Origin: an uncultured Muribaculaceae bacterium | GTDB taxonomy: Bacteria; Bacillota_I; Bacilli_A; RF39; UBA660 | Assembly (NCBI GenBank): GCA_964600615.1 | Contig: CAZRJK010000005.1 | Span: 7,398 to 71,397, forward strand | Direction: 5' to 3' | Length of the DNA: 64,000 bases | Shown: piece by piece, positions 45,125 through 54,501 of the stretch | Layout: every line of letters begins with the position of its first letter | Numbering within the stretch: the stretch's first letter is position 1 | Translations under genes and position numbers: made by a program | Notes under the pieces: model-generated | What the model was told of the DNA's origin: nothing | The model's database searches: none | What the model saw: only the letters and a program-made list of their open reading frames with translations

Positions 45125-45142
45125 CACATAATAATTATAACA

Positions 45143-45168
45143 TAAAAAAAGACTTCTCAAGAAGTCTT
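45143..45168 (-). terminator. Rho-independent terminator of the 91-aa gene
   Basis: aagacttc (45149-45156) / gaagtctt (45161-45168) with a 4-nt loop, followed by T7 on the minus strand. Confidence 0.7.
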
Positions 45169-45432
45169 TTTCAAACTTTCAGCATATATCCTAAGCTCTC
45201 TATAATAAAAATAACTACCAATACAAAAAATATTCATACATAAAAAAGCAATAGCAACCAATATATAACTACTCTCTCCCTTAACTAAAGAACCCAAAAA
45301 CATCCCCATAGTAACCATAAAAGTAATAAAAGGAACAGCATAACAAACTATAAATATACTCTTACCATATCTAGTACCATAAAAATCATGCAATAACTTC
45401 TTTATCCCTTTACCATCTAACTTATATATCAT
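45157..45432 (-). CDS. Small two-TM membrane protein (unknown)
   Basis: 91 aa. 'SIFIVCYAVPFITFMVTMGMFLG' and 'YILVAIAFLCMNIFCIGSYF'. Confidence 0.4.
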   Translation of the reverse strand: MIYKLDGKGIKKLLHDFYGTRYGKSIFIVCYAVPFITFMVTMGMFLGSLVKGESSYILVAIAFLCMNIFCIGSYFYYRELRIYAESLKKTS

Positions 45433-45454
45433 AATTTAATCCTTCCCATTCTTC

Positions 45455-45484
45455 TAAAAAAAGATTTCCCCAATAGGAAATCTT
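45455..45484 (-). terminator. Rho-independent terminator of the type IV pilin gene
   Basis: aagatttcc (45461-45469) / ggaaatctt (45476-45484) with a 6-nt loop, followed by T5+ on the minus strand. Confidence 0.75.
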
Positions 45485-45495
45485 AAATATTAATA

Positions 45496-46020
45496 CTAAG
45501 TCCAGCTTTTTAGACTAGAAGTACCATTAAATCTTTCAGTGCACCAAAACATTTTTCCACTAGGAATAGTTTTAGCAGTTGAACCCTCACCATAAATAGT
45601 TGTAGCTTGTGTAGATTCTGCATTTCTTACATGAAATTTTCCATTTGATCCTGCAGATGTTAAGCAAACTTCAAACCTCTCAGTACTAGATTCAAACCTA
45701 ACATATGAATTATCTGCATCAATATCTTTGTTTGAAATATTTAAAGTAGTTAATGTAGTAGAAGTCAAAGTTTGAGGTGTACCAGTTTTTAAAGTTTCCA
45801 AACTAACACCTAAAATTGTAGTTGCCCCAATAACTTGTGACTCAACATATCCTGTATTGAATGCTTCTTGCACTATTAATGCATTATCTTGTAAAGAACC
45901 TTTCCTTGAATTATTCATAGATGTAATTACACTATTAGCAGCAATTCCCATAACTACAGCAAGAATAACTATAACAGCAAGCAACTCTATTAAAGTAAAA
46001 CCTTTATTATTTAATTTCAT
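45496..46020 (-). CDS. Type IV pilin / pseudopilin with canonical prepilin N-terminal methylation motif
   Basis: About 174 aa from ATG 46020 (SD AGAGGAGGAA). 'MKLNNKG|FTLIELLAVIVILAVVMGIA' is a class III signal with Glu at +5. Confidence 0.85.
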   Translation of the reverse strand: MKLNNKGFTLIELLAVIVILAVVMGIAANSVITSMNNSRKGSLQDNALIVQEAFNTGYVESQVIGATTILGVSLETLKTGTPQTLTSTTLTTLNISNKDIDADNSYVRFESSTERFEVCLTSAGSNGKFHVRNAESTQATTIYGEGSTAKTIPSGKMFWCTERFNGTSSLKSWT

Positions 46021-46052
46021 AATTTCCTCCTCTATTTTATAAATAAATAATA

Positions 46053-46080
46053 CCAAAAAAACAATTGTTAGTCAATTGTT
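46053..46080 (-). terminator. Rho-independent terminator after rsmD
   Basis: aacaattg (46060-46067) / caattgtt (46073-46080). It overlaps the rsmD stop and is followed by a T-run on the minus strand. Confidence 0.6.
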
Positions 46081-46622
46081 TTTTGTAAAATATATATATA
46101 TTTATCTCCATATTTTTTAATTTTCTTTATCCTAAATTCTTTTTCATCAACTTCTAATTTATCATCTCTAAACTCTAATATTAATAAACCATTATAATTT
46201 AATATATTATATTTAATAATATTATTAATACATCTATTAATATTATGATAATCATAAGGAGGATCTACAAATATAATATCAAATAATATATTATTACTAT
46301 TAAAATATTTAATAGCCCTATTATAATCCATATTTAATACTTCTGTTTTATCTTTAATTTTAAAATTATTTATATTCTTATTTATTATATTAATACATTT
46401 AATATTATTATCTATAAAATAACAATATTTACTACCATTACTTATAGCCTCTATTCCTAAATTACCAGAACCTGCAAATAAATCTAATATTACAGCATCT
46501 TTAATATAATCTTGAATACTACCAAAGACACTTTCTTTAACCCTATCCATAGTAGGTCTAGTACCTTCTATATCATATCCTTCTATTTTTCTTCCCTTTA
46601 ATATACCACTTATTACTCTCAT
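46068..46622 (-). CDS. rsmD: 16S rRNA (guanine966-N2)-methyltransferase
   Basis: 184 aa. 'GTRPTMDRVKESVF', 'LDLFAGSGNLGIEAISNG', 'VDPPY'. Sits downstream of ylbD/E/F-like genes, as in B. subtilis ylbH. Confidence 0.9.
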   Translation of the reverse strand: MRVISGILKGRKIEGYDIEGTRPTMDRVKESVFGSIQDYIKDAVILDLFAGSGNLGIEAISNGSKYCYFIDNNIKCINIINKNINNFKIKDKTEVLNMDYNRAIKYFNSNNILFDIIFVDPPYDYHNINRCINNIIKYNILNYNGLLILEFRDDKLEVDEKEFRIKKIKKYGDKYIYILQKTID

Positions 46623-46631
46623 ATTACTCCT

Positions 46632-46922
46632 TTAAAAACATTTATTACCAGTTACTTTCTTAAATCTACTATTAATATCTATAACTATATACATTAGTTC
46701 ATTATAATATTTCATATAACTAACATATTCAGGATATTTATATAGTTTTCTTTTTATATCCATTAATTCATAATCATCTTTTATATCTTTACCTTTTTTT
46801 AATAATTCTTGTATTTCATTATTATTAATTATTTTATTTTTATATAAAGTAATATTCTTAATAATATCACTATCATCTAATGCATCCAATAATTTAAATG
46901 TCTTATCCATAACCTCATTCAT
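46632..46922 (-). CDS. YlbF/YmcA-family-like small protein
   Basis: 96 aa, helical. The call rests mainly on its position between the ylbE-like gene and rsmD; sequence resemblance is weak. Confidence 0.35.
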   Translation of the reverse strand: MNEVMDKTFKLLDALDDSDIIKNITLYKNKIINNNEIQELLKKGKDIKDDYELMDIKRKLYKYPEYVSYMKYYNELMYIVIDINSRFKKVTGNKCF

Positions 46923-46952
46923 AATTATCCCTCGATGAGTATTATATATTAA

Positions 46953-47174
46953 TTACTTAAAAACATCAAGAAAACTTTGTAACATATTAATATTATCCAT
47001 TGTTTTATTTATTTTATCCACAGTAGTAAGCTTATACTTTACCCTCATTTCATCTACAAAATATTTAAAACTATTACTATTTCTATTTAAATATTTATAC
47101 CAATAAGAATTCTCTCTTAAAAATCTTTTTAAATTAATATCTTTTTCTATTTTATATTGAATACTATATTCCAT
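46953..47174 (-). CDS. YlbE-like protein
   Basis: 73 aa. 'LRENSYWYKYLNRNSNSFKYFVDEMRVKYKLT' matches the YlbE-like pattern (P.WY+.L.R....f..f......Y+.T). Confidence 0.6.
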   Translation of the reverse strand: MEYSIQYKIEKDINLKRFLRENSYWYKYLNRNSNSFKYFVDEMRVKYKLTTVDKINKTMDNINMLQSFLDVFK

Positions 47175-47527
47175 TAATCATCAAACTTTCTATATAAAGG
47201 CCTAGGATTATAAGTAGTATTATTAGTATTACTACTAACAAACAAATCACCTAATAAAGTTAAGGTCTTTTGTAAAGAAGTAATACCCTCCTGCACTTTA
47301 TCAACATCTATATTTTTAGCCATTTTTACTAAATCCTCAAATTTAAAACTACTACTAGAATTATTAGAATTACCATTTAAATATTTATTCCAAGCTTCTT
47401 CATCATCACCAACTATATCATATAATTCATATAATTCCTGCCAAGTCTTTTTTTTATCTCTAACATAACTAATTAAAAAAGGATTAGCCTTAACAAACAA
47501 TTTAAAACTATCACTTCTATCACTCAT
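47174..47527 (-). CDS. YlbD-like putative spore coat protein
   Basis: 117 aa. 'FKLFVKANPFLISYVRDKKKTWQELYELYDIVGDDEEAWNKY' matches the YlbD_coat pattern. Confidence 0.6.
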   Translation of the reverse strand: MSDRSDSFKLFVKANPFLISYVRDKKKTWQELYELYDIVGDDEEAWNKYLNGNSNNSSSSFKFEDLVKMAKNIDVDKVQEGITSLQKTLTLLGDLFVSSNTNNTTYNPRPLYRKFDD

Positions 47528-47583
47528 AATATCACCTTCTATATAAATATATGTTAAATAAAAAAAGAAATAGACTATTTCTT

Positions 47584-48312
47584 TTATTTTACTAAACTAT
47601 ATAATATAGCAATCTCCTTATTAGATAATTTTCTATATTCTCCTACTTTTAATCCTGTTAAATCTAAAAAAGCATATCTTTCTCTTTTTAATTTTATTAC
47701 TTTTTTACCAACAGCTTCTATCATTTTTCTAATTTGCCTATTTCTACCTTCATGAATTATTATCTCTACCATACAGGTATTCTTTTCACGAGAAATACTC
47801 TTTATTTTAACAGAAGCCTTACTAGTTTTCTTACCATCAATAATAATACCTTCTCTTAATCTTTTAACATCATACCCCGTAAGTATACCTTCTACTTTTA
47901 CAATATATAATTTATCTATATTACTATTAGGCTTCATTAATTTATTAGATAAATTACCATCATTAGTAAGAAGTAATACCCCTGTAGTATCATAATCAAG
48001 TCTACCTATAGGATAAATTCTTGTATTAGTATTTATTAAATCTACAACAGTTTTTCTACCCTTATCATCAGAGACAGTACTAACAACACCTCTTGGTTTA
48101 TATAATAAATAATATTCATAATTTTTATTATTATCTAATATAACACCTTCTACTTCAATACTATCCCCATGATTTACTTTAGTTCCCAATTCTAAAACAG
48201 TATTACCATTAACTTTCACTTTTCCTTCTAAAATTAATTTTTCTGCTTTTCTTCTAGAACAATATCCACATTCCGCTATTACCTTTTGTATTCTCTCCAT
48301 AATATCACTCAT
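47584..48312 (-). CDS. rluB: 23S rRNA pseudouridine synthase (RluB/RsuA family)
   Basis: 242 aa. S4 domain 'RIQKVIAECGYCSRRKAEKLI', catalytic 'GRLDYDTTGVLLLTNDG'. Confidence 0.9.
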   Translation of the reverse strand: MSDIMERIQKVIAECGYCSRRKAEKLILEGKVKVNGNTVLELGTKVNHGDSIEVEGVILDNNKNYEYYLLYKPRGVVSTVSDDKGRKTVVDLINTNTRIYPIGRLDYDTTGVLLLTNDGNLSNKLMKPNSNIDKLYIVKVEGILTGYDVKRLREGIIIDGKKTSKASVKIKSISREKNTCMVEIIIHEGRNRQIRKMIEAVGKKVIKLKRERYAFLDLTGLKVGEYRKLSNKEIAILYSLVK

Positions 48313-48338
48313 TTCTAAAAATATTATACAATAAATAA

Positions 48339-49232
48339 TTACTTCAAACCATCAAATTTTTCAAAATCAGGAATAAAACTCTCTTTTTGTGTTTCCCCAT
48401 CTTGAATATAAGCTTCTCTAATTCCTAAATCATAAACATAATTAATTAATTCATCATAATCTTCATCTTTAACTCTATCATTTAACTCTTTATATTCTAG
48501 TTTTCTAATAGGAGTATATTGATTCATAATACTATAAATAATATTATTATTATATTTATCATATAAATATTTAATAATCTTCTTACTATCAACAATATTA
48601 CCTGGTAACATTAAATGTCTAACAATTACTCCTCTTTTTATTAGACCATTCTTATCATATTTAGGGTTTCCTACCTGATTATACATTTCTTCTATAGCTA
48701 AACTAGCATATTTAAAATAATCTTTACAATTACTATATTTAATAGCTAATTCATTATCATAATACTTAAAATCAGGTAAATATACATCTACAATACCATC
48801 TAACATTTTAATAGTATCTATATTTTCATAACTACTAGTATTATAAATAATAGGTATTTTTAATCCTTTCTTTTTAGCTAATTTAATTCCATCTACTATT
48901 AAAGGAACATACATAGTACCAGTAATCAAATTAATATTATTAGCGCCCTTATTTTGTAATTTTATACATATATCACTAAATTCTCCTACACTAACAACTT
49001 TACCCTTATGTAAAGTACTAATATCATAATTCTGACAAAAAATACATCTTAAATTACAATAAGAAAAAAATATAGTCCCTGACCCAGTATCACCACTAAT
49101 ACAAGGTTCTTCCCACATATGTAAAGAATATCTAGCTATAACCATATCTTTCCCACAGCCACAATACCCAAATTCACCTTTTAATCGATTTACTTTACAA
49201 TTATGAGGACATAATTCACAACACTCTAACAT
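48339..49232 (-). CDS. Radical SAM protein (PflX-like, pyruvate formate-lyase activase-related)
   Basis: 297 aa. 'CNLRCIFCQNYDIS' (CxxxCxxC) and an N-terminal Cys cluster 'CELCPHNC...GYCGC'. Confidence 0.8.
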   Translation of the reverse strand: MLECCELCPHNCKVNRLKGEFGYCGCGKDMVIARYSLHMWEEPCISGDTGSGTIFFSYCNLRCIFCQNYDISTLHKGKVVSVGEFSDICIKLQNKGANNINLITGTMYVPLIVDGIKLAKKKGLKIPIIYNTSSYENIDTIKMLDGIVDVYLPDFKYYDNELAIKYSNCKDYFKYASLAIEEMYNQVGNPKYDKNGLIKRGVIVRHLMLPGNIVDSKKIIKYLYDKYNNNIIYSIMNQYTPIRKLEYKELNDRVKDEDYDELINYVYDLGIREAYIQDGETQKESFIPDFEKFDGLK

Positions 49233-49258
49233 AAAATCACCTCAAAAAAAGAAAGTGT

Positions 49259-49999
49259 TTAATAAAACACATTTCTTAAAAATAATCCCTGTGCTTCAGC
49301 CGTTGGACCAGCTTTAGATCTATCTTCACTTTGAAGTATATCTATTATCTCTTCACTTCTTCTTTTACCTTCTCCAATTTCTATTAAAGTACCTACCATA
49401 TTCCTAACCATATATCTAAGAAATCCCGTACCAATAAAAACTAAAGTAATCTTACTAACATCCTTTAAATCTCTTATAATATTAGTCTGAGATAAAGTCC
49501 TAACATAATCTTCTCTATCATCATCAGCCTTAGTAAAAGCTTTAAAACTATGCGTACCTTCCAAATATTTCATAGCCCTCTGCATCTCTACAACATCTAA
49601 TTTTCTATTATGTTGATAAACATACTTTCTCTCTAAAGGATTATATTCTCCCATATTTATTTGATAAATATATTCCTTACCTATAGCATCAAATCTAGCA
49701 TGAAAATTATCAGAAACAGGTTCAATACTCTTAATATAAATATCTGGAGGAAGCATTGAATTAGCACTACTAAGAACCTTTTCACAATCTATCTCTTTAG
49801 AAAAATCCACATGAGCTTTCTGATTCATCGCATGTACTCCTGCATCCGTTCTCCCAGAAGCTACTACATTTACTTCTTTATTTCCATTTAACTTTTTCAA
49901 AACACTTTCAATTTCTCCTTGAACCGTTCTATCCTTTGGTTGCTTTTGATAACCTTTAAAATCAGTACCATCATAAGAAAAAGTCATAAAATACCTCAT
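49259..49999 (-). CDS. truA: tRNA pseudouridine(38-40) synthase
   Basis: 246 aa. 'FSYDGTDFKGYQKQP', 'GRTDAGVHA'. Follows the ecf genes, as in Firmicutes. Confidence 0.95.
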   Translation of the reverse strand: MRYFMTFSYDGTDFKGYQKQPKDRTVQGEIESVLKKLNGNKEVNVVASGRTDAGVHAMNQKAHVDFSKEIDCEKVLSSANSMLPPDIYIKSIEPVSDNFHARFDAIGKEYIYQINMGEYNPLERKYVYQHNRKLDVVEMQRAMKYLEGTHSFKAFTKADDDREDYVRTLSQTNIIRDLKDVSKITLVFIGTGFLRYMVRNMVGTLIEIGEGKRRSEEIIDILQSEDRSKAGPTAEAQGLFLRNVFY

Positions 50000-50013
50000 A
50001 CTACTACCTCTTT

Positions 50014-50754
50014 CTAATAAATGAAAGTTACAACCATCATCATAATAGTAACAACTAATAACATTGTATCAGTTTTCTTCCATTTATTCAATCTATAATC
50101 AGATATATAATTACTAACACCATAATTCTTAATATACATATTATTTTTTAATATACTTAATTTCTCAACAGATTTTTTCAATACAGGTTTAATGCAACTA
50201 ACAACATTCTTTAATTTATCAATAAAACTCATATCTATAACCCTAACACCCCTTAATTTTTTAGATAACTTAATTCTATTATATTCAGCATAACATATAC
50301 CAAAAAACTTAAAATTTAAAGCTAAGTCCAAAGACTCTTCATTAATATCAATAAATCTCTTAAAAGGTTTTAATAATCTATAAATTCCATTAACCATATC
50401 ATTTAAAGAAGTAGTAATAGTAATTATCATCAAATAAATAATAATATCAAATGCCTTTAAAGTCCATATTAATCCATTAATAACATTCCATGAAAACAAA
50501 CTAACTAAAACTAACACAAATAATAATATAAACCTAAAAATTCTTAAATTACTTAAATATAATCTAAAACTAATATTACTCCATAACATCATAACAAATA
50601 TATATAAATTAACAACCACTAAATCTACAACACTTTCACAAAAAAACAAAGAAATAACTAATATTATTAAAGAACTTATCTTATATATAGAACTTAATCT
50701 ATGAACCATTGAAGAAATAGAATAATATTCAAAAAAACTATAATTATTTTGCAT
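50014..50754 (-). CDS. ecfT: ECF transporter transmembrane component EcfT
   Basis: 246 aa, polytopic. Sits after two EcfA ATPases and before truA. Confidence 0.75.
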   Translation of the reverse strand: MQNNYSFFEYYSISSMVHRLSSIYKISSLIILVISLFFCESVVDLVVVNLYIFVMMLWSNISFRLYLSNLRIFRFILLFVLVLVSLFSWNVINGLIWTLKAFDIIIYLMIITITTSLNDMVNGIYRLLKPFKRFIDINEESLDLALNFKFFGICYAEYNRIKLSKKLRGVRVIDMSFIDKLKNVVSCIKPVLKKSVEKLSILKNNMYIKNYGVSNYISDYRLNKWKKTDTMLLVVTIMMMVVTFIY

Positions 50755-51550
50755 TATCTACCACTTCCATTACTAACTCATTAATGTCACTAGTATATTT
50801 TAAATCTAAATCCTTCAAAACATTAACCAACTTAATAAAATTAACACTATCTGGAATCTCATAACCAAAAGTTTTTAAAATATCACTATTATCAATTAAT
50901 TCACTAATCTTACCACTCTTAATCAATCTACAATTATCCATAAAAACATAATTATCACTAACATTATAAACAAAATCAATATCATTAGACATAATAATAA
51001 CACTCTTATGATATCTATTCTTTAATAATTTTATTAATTTAATTAATTTCTTTTTATAATTATAATCCAAATATACTGTAGGTTCATCCAATATTAATAC
51101 CTGTGGATTTAACACTAAAGATGAAGCTAAAGCCACTAAAAAAGCCTCGCCACTACTCAAAGTATCTATTTTTCTTGAATAATAACTCTCATCCAAACCA
51201 ACAAGTTTTAAAGAATCAACAATTTGCTTATCCCTTTTATTCTCTTTAAATCTAAATTGCTTTAACCCAAATCCTATTTCATCATAAACATTTTCACAAA
51301 AGAAATGATCTGTAGGTTTTTGAAAAACATACCCTACATCCTTCATAAATCTATTTTTATTATATTCTGTACTTCCATTAACAAGAATTTTTCCACCATC
51401 ATATTTAACTAAATCCATAATTATATAACTAATTAAACTCTTACCACTACCACTCTTACCTAAAATGGCAGTTACTTTAGAACTTTCAAACTTATAACTA
51501 AAATTATCAATAATATTTCTAAACTTAATATTATATAACTCTATTTCCAT
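50744..51550 (-). CDS. ecfA2: ECF transporter ATPase EcfA2
   Basis: 268 aa. Walker A 'GKSGSGKS', signature 'LSSGE', Walker B 'LILDEP'. Confidence 0.9.
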   Translation of the reverse strand: MEIELYNIKFRNIIDNFSYKFESSKVTAILGKSGSGKSLISYIIMDLVKYDGGKILVNGSTEYNKNRFMKDVGYVFQKPTDHFFCENVYDEIGFGLKQFRFKENKRDKQIVDSLKLVGLDESYYSRKIDTLSSGEAFLVALASSLVLNPQVLILDEPTVYLDYNYKKKLIKLIKLLKNRYHKSVIIMSNDIDFVYNVSDNYVFMDNCRLIKSGKISELIDNSDILKTFGYEIPDSVNFIKLVNVLKDLDLKYTSDINELVMEVVDNAK

Positions 51551-52359
51551 ATATCATCAACTAACTTTCTCATATCTAAATAAACATGGCTAATAATATC
51601 TTTATCAATAAGTTTCAAAGAAAAATCAATCATAAAAGGAAGTTCTATACCACAATCATATAATTTTTCTTTATTCTTAAATACACTTCTAGGAGTACCA
51701 CTAAACATAACACTACCCTTATCTAAAACAATAACTCTATCTCCATAAAGAGTATCATTCATATTATGAGTAACCATTAAAATCGTTAACTTACTCTCTT
51801 TATTATATTTTTTTAAAATATTAAAAACAAGCTCTCTATCCTTAACAGATAACTGATGTAAGCAATCATCAAGAATTAATACTGAAGGATTAGTAATAAG
51901 AGCAGACGCTAAAAATACTTTTACTTTATTACTATTAGATATCTTATCAAAATCCCTATTTAAAATCTCATAAATCTTAAACTCTTTAGCAATATCAACT
52001 ACTTTCTTACTAATACTAAACTCATTTACCCCTAAATTATTAAGACCAACAGATATTTCATCACTAACACTAACACACACATTAACATTATTTATATCAT
52101 CTAAAACAATACTAACATTCTTTCTAACATTATAAATATTGGCCTTATTCAAACAAATACCATTTATATCTATATAACCATCATAATTAATAAGACCTGC
52201 TAAGATATTAACTAACGTACTCTTACCACTACCATTAGCCCCAATTATACTAACAAATTCTCCCTTTTTAATATTAAAAGATAAATTATTTAATATATTC
52301 TTTCCATCTACAGAATAACTAACATTATCAAAATTAATAATACTTTCCATAAATATCAC
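51541..52359 (-). CDS. ecfA1: ECF transporter ATPase EcfA1
   Basis: About 270 aa. Walker A 'GANGSGKST', Walker B 'LILDD'. The ABC signature looks degenerate ('ISNSN' region). The start is GTG 52359 or ATG 52350. Confidence 0.85.
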   Translation of the reverse strand: MIFMESIINFDNVSYSVDGKNILNNLSFNIKKGEFVSIIGANGSGKSTLVNILAGLINYDGYIDINGICLNKANIYNVRKNVSIVLDDINNVNVCVSVSDEISVGLNNLGVNEFSISKKVVDIAKEFKIYEILNRDFDKISNSNKVKVFLASALITNPSVLILDDCLHQLSVKDRELVFNILKKYNKESKLTILMVTHNMNDTLYGDRVIVLDKGSVMFSGTPRSVFKNKEKLYDCGIELPFMIDFSLKLIDKDIISHVYLDMRKLVDDIWK

Positions 52360-52401
52360 AACCCATACGCATATTATAGAGTAAACCTAAGGTTTTTGCA
52401 A

Positions 52402-52428
52402 GAAAAAAAAATAATGTTACCATTATTT
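52402..52428 (-). terminator. Rho-independent terminator after mreB/mbl
   Basis: aaataatg (52409-52416) / cattattt (52421-52428), followed by T8 on the minus strand. Confidence 0.7.
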
Positions 52429-53424
52429 TTAAATTTTTCCATCTATTAAATGAATATTATCTAAAAGTATTCCCGTACCCTCTGCAACACAAGTAAGAGG
52501 ACTCTCAGCAATAAATACAGGTACTTTTAATTCTTGAGATAATAATTGTCCAAAACCATCCACTAAACAACCCCCACCAGTAAGAACAATACCCTTATCT
52601 ATAATATCAGCAGATAACTCTGGAGGAGTTTGTTCTAAAATACTCTTAGCACAATGAACAATCGTATAAACGCTCTCTCTTAATGCTTCTTCTACTTCAT
52701 CACTAGTAATTGTAACAGAATGAGGAAGACCAGTAACTAAATCTCTACCCCTAACTTCCATCTTCTCATTTCTAGAACCAGGAAATACAGTTCCAATAGT
52801 TATCTTTATATCTTCAGCAGTTCTATCACCAACTAATAATTTATATTTATCTTTAATATATTTAACAATATCATTATCAAAAGCATTACCCGCTATTCTA
52901 ATTGATGCACTATTAACAATACCACCTAAAGATAAAATAGCAATATCAGTAGTACCACCACCAATATCTATAACCATATTACCAGATGGTTTTGAAATAT
53001 CCATACCAGCACCAATAGCAGCAACCTTAGGTTCTTCCTCTAAGAATACTTTCTTAGCACCAGTTCTCTCAGCCGCTTCTACAATAGCATTTTTTTCAAC
53101 CTGAGTGATATTAGAAGGACAACAAATTAGTATCCTAGGACGTGAAAAGAAACTCTTACCATTAACTTTCTTAATAAAATAATTAAGCATAACTTCTGTA
53201 GTTTCAAAATCCGCAATAACCCCATCTTTCATAGGTCTAATTGCTTTAACTTTACCAGGAGTTCTTCCAAGCATTTCCCTAGCCTCAGTACCAACAGCTA
53301 AAGGTTTTTTTGATTCAACCTCTATTGCTACAACACTAGGTTCATTTAAAACAATACCTTGTCCTTTTATATAAATTAAAACATTAGCCGTCCCTAAATC
53401 AATACCAATATCCTTATGAAACAT
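52429..53424 (-). CDS. mbl: Rod-shape determining actin homolog MreB/Mbl
   Basis: 'IGIDLGTANVL', 'DIGGGTTD', 'IVLTGGG'. Downstream of spoIIID, as for mbl. ATG at 53424 follows the SD GGAGGGTGA. Confidence 0.9.
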   Translation of the reverse strand: MFHKDIGIDLGTANVLIYIKGQGIVLNEPSVVAIEVESKKPLAVGTEAREMLGRTPGKVKAIRPMKDGVIADFETTEVMLNYFIKKVNGKSFFSRPRILICCPSNITQVEKNAIVEAAERTGAKKVFLEEEPKVAAIGAGMDISKPSGNMVIDIGGGTTDIAILSLGGIVNSASIRIAGNAFDNDIVKYIKDKYKLLVGDRTAEDIKITIGTVFPGSRNEKMEVRGRDLVTGLPHSVTITSDEVEEALRESVYTIVHCAKSILEQTPPELSADIIDKGIVLTGGGCLVDGFGQLLSQELKVPVFIAESPLTCVAEGTGILLDNIHLIDGKI

Positions 53425-53477
53425 AATATCACCCTCCATTTCATTATTTTAACACATAAAATAAGGTTTGAATACCA

Positions 53478-53735
53478 TTAATTTGCATTTTTCTCTAAAA
53501 ATTTTCTTTTTGTAGATTCTCCTCCTCTAATGTGTCTAATATTTGTATGATAAGTCATAATTTTTGACACTTTATTATACATTTCAACATCAATTTCTAA
53601 CAATCTATCATGTAAATCTTTATGTACAGTACTCTTACTAACATTAAATATCAAAGCCATATCCCTAACAGTTTCTCCAGTATCTATCATATACTTAGCC
53701 TCATTAATAACCCTATTAACAATATACTTATTCAT
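53478..53735 (-). CDS. spoIIID: Sporulation transcriptional regulator SpoIIID
   Basis: 85 aa. 'VINEAKYMIDTGETVRDMALIFNVSKSTVHKDL', 'NIRHIRGGESTK'. Confidence 0.9.
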   Translation of the reverse strand: MNKYIVNRVINEAKYMIDTGETVRDMALIFNVSKSTVHKDLHDRLLEIDVEMYNKVSKIMTYHTNIRHIRGGESTKRKFLEKNAN

Positions 53736-53800
53736 ATCAATCCCCTTTACACTATTATATTAATCTATTTTATTTCTATGAAAAAAAGTGGCATTACCAC

Positions 53801-54454
53801 TTAATTTAATTCACCAAGAAGTTTTCCATAATAGTCATCAGGATTAACTACCTTTCCTTGATAATATAATTCAAAATGCAAATGATTACCAAGATCAGTA
53901 CTAATATTATTTTCCCCACTCTTACCAATTATTGTTCCTTGAGTAACATTATCATCCACTTTAAAATTAATAACCCCCATACTTTGATAAACACTAATTA
54001 AATCATTACTATGCTTAATCTTAATAGTTTTACCCATAATCTCATCTTCAACAACTTCCATAACAGTACCATCTAATATACTAACAACATCAAATTCATT
54101 ACCATTAGCATAATCTATACCAGAATTTTGCATATAAGTATCCCCATAATAAAAGATAGCATTCTCTTGTGTAGCATTATCAGATTCCTTATTATAATAA
54201 TTTTTAACAACCTTCATATCCGTAACAACATAAGGTCTAATTATCTGAGGATCAGTATTAACAACAGGAACAACCTCTTCTACAACAGTATCCTCACTAC
54301 TAGGTAATTCTTCCTCCCTGTCACTAACAGTACCAGTATCCTTAAACAAAGAATTATTAATAGCTTTATCAATAAAAAACATACTACCAATAAGCATAGC
54401 TATTGATAAAACATAAACTAATGGAACAACAAATGGTTTTATTCTTCTTTTCAT
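53801..54454 (-). CDS. spoIIQ: SpoIIQ-like M23/LytM-domain membrane protein
   Basis: 217 aa. N-terminal TM, then a LytM domain with 'NSGIDY' in place of HxxxD and an intact 'GNHLHFE'. Sits between spoIID and spoIIID. Confidence 0.65.
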   Translation of the reverse strand: MKRRIKPFVVPLVYVLSIAMLIGSMFFIDKAINNSLFKDTGTVSDREEELPSSEDTVVEEVVPVVNTDPQIIRPYVVTDMKVVKNYYNKESDNATQENAIFYYGDTYMQNSGIDYANGNEFDVVSILDGTVMEVVEDEIMGKTIKIKHSNDLISVYQSMGVINFKVDDNVTQGTIIGKSGENNISTDLGNHLHFELYYQGKVVNPDDYYGKLLGELN

Positions 54455-54501
54455 ATTTTCACCTCTATTCTAGTTATTATCTAAAATAGAAATTTTATAC
54501 A

